The translations under genes and the position numbers were made by a program. DNA of 63,177 bases, counting the filler, from Atractiella rhizophila (Eukaryota), in assembly GCA_021432655.1 (NCBI GenBank). It is 3 parts of 3 records of this genome, joined end to end, with 100 filler letters (N's around TTAATTAATTAA, not from the genome) between each part and the next. Parts side by side here need not be neighbours in the genome. Positions count along the whole stretch, not along the records: positions 37,424 to 63,177 come from MU271520.1; 2 more parts are not named here. One strand, given 5' to 3'. Below, piece by piece: positions 62,088-63,177 of the stretch (its first letter is position 1; every line of letters begins with the position of its first letter). The notes beneath the pieces were generated by a model. The model had not been told where the DNA came from. It was given only the letters and a program-made list of their open reading frames with translations, and ran no database searches.

Positions 62088-63177
62088 CGTTCCTACGTCC
62101 GCCAACTCGAAGAGACCTCCTACAAGGCGCTTCAGACCTCCCGCGGCTTCCCGACCAGCACCTTGTTCGGCAATCAACCCCGCTCCTCCGTCTCTGGTGA
62201 TCGCGTGCCTGCTACACCATCAGGTCCTATGCCTAGCTATCACCCCATTATGAACCCAGCTGCTAATAGCTCCAGGACCGGATTGGTCACTGGGGAGAGG
62301 AAGGAGCATTATGGGGATGAGAAGGACGATTTGGAGAGGGCGGATGACGATGGACCGTACTCGTCCCCTTACCAGGTCCCGTACACCGATAAGCATTGAA
62401 GAAGAGCCGGTAGGAAAGGAAGCAGAGTAGGATGGAGGGAAGGGAATGGACATTTACTGTGCGCTTGTGTCAGACGCTTTTTGTAGCTATACAACCAGGA
62501 TGCAAGACTGTCATGCTCATTTTTCGTACACAGCGAACGAGTGAAACAGACCCCCGCATAATTTTACCTGCATTAAGCTGCAGCATTTGTCTTGAGTAAC
62601 CCATTACGTTCAGTATCTCGCGCTCATCATAGATTTTGTTCGGGACCGCTTTCCACAGACAATCAACGCTACATTTTGCAGTTTAGCAATCAAGTCATCG
62701 AGTACTCATCCCTGACGTCCTGACCACTCTCCGATGCTTTCTACGGCACTGTAACCGTGGGCTTTCGAAAACACTGGACACGTCTCGCCGTGATCGACGA
62801 CTTTGGAGGCAGAAATGGACTTACCACTCGTCTCTTCGTCCCTCCTCCACTTCACAACCAATACAGCCAGCGTAGGCTCCCTACTCTGGCTCTTATCTTC
62901 TTATGCTCGCCCTTCAACCGTCTCTTCGGCACAGGATGGAGGAGGAGGAGTGCCAGTTGCTCTGTTATTTGGGATAATTACTTTGACTGCATGGGCTTTT
63001 AGCAGGCAAAAGGACGTGTACATGGCTGTGGAACAGAAGGCGGAGGGTGTATCAAGTCTCTTTGTTGGTTTCCTTGCTGGCGTTGGCGCTGTTCTGTCGT
63101 TGTGGAGCTTGGGAGCAAGTTCGGAGGGAAATGCTGCTATTTTGGCTGTTGAGGTGGGTTTTGCTCTTTGTCTTGCA
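62088..63177 (+). repeat. diverged duplicate (likely second haplotype) of 56916-58012: 3' end of the 4-TM gene and 5' end of the TM-GT77 gene
   Basis: Collinear match from cgttcctacgtcc to ctttgtcttgca, with mostly substitutions and an in-frame 9-nt deletion (DGGGSEGGVP to DGGGGVP). Confidence 0.93.

Overview
Gene-dense, intron-rich fungal (basidiomycete-type, short GT-AG introns, micro-exons) genomic DNA made of at least three contigs. They are joined by artificial 100-bp spacers (N44-TTAATTAATTAA-N44 at 21164-21263 and 37324-37423), and there is a separate 25-N gap (62063-62087). Recognisable genes: ABHD4/5-type hydrolase, PMP3, cytochrome P450, SDR, AKR7-like reductase, PEX39-like KPWE protein, F-box/LRR paralogs and relics, CBM19-like secreted protein, SEY1, GEP4, YbjQ/UPF0145, PARP-like ADP-ribosyltransferase, chitin synthase, arrestin-like, vWA protein and Rheb. 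Most striking observations: (1) 59178-62062 is written backwards without complementation; read right-to-left it continues the upstream multi-TM ORF exactly in frame into a GT77-like glycosyltransferase and then holds a second gene, both invisible to six-frame translation; (2) a transcription factor with three complete Zn(II)2Cys6 clusters and the start of a fourth, each split by an intron at the same position; (3) a secreted protein with three type-1-copper cupredoxin repeats spliced in frame to a DUF3455 domain; (4) a Rheb with His at the switch-II Gln. Near-identical duplications at 46855-51996 and 62088-63177 look like uncollapsed haplotypes. All family assignments are from motif recognition by eye, not database searches.
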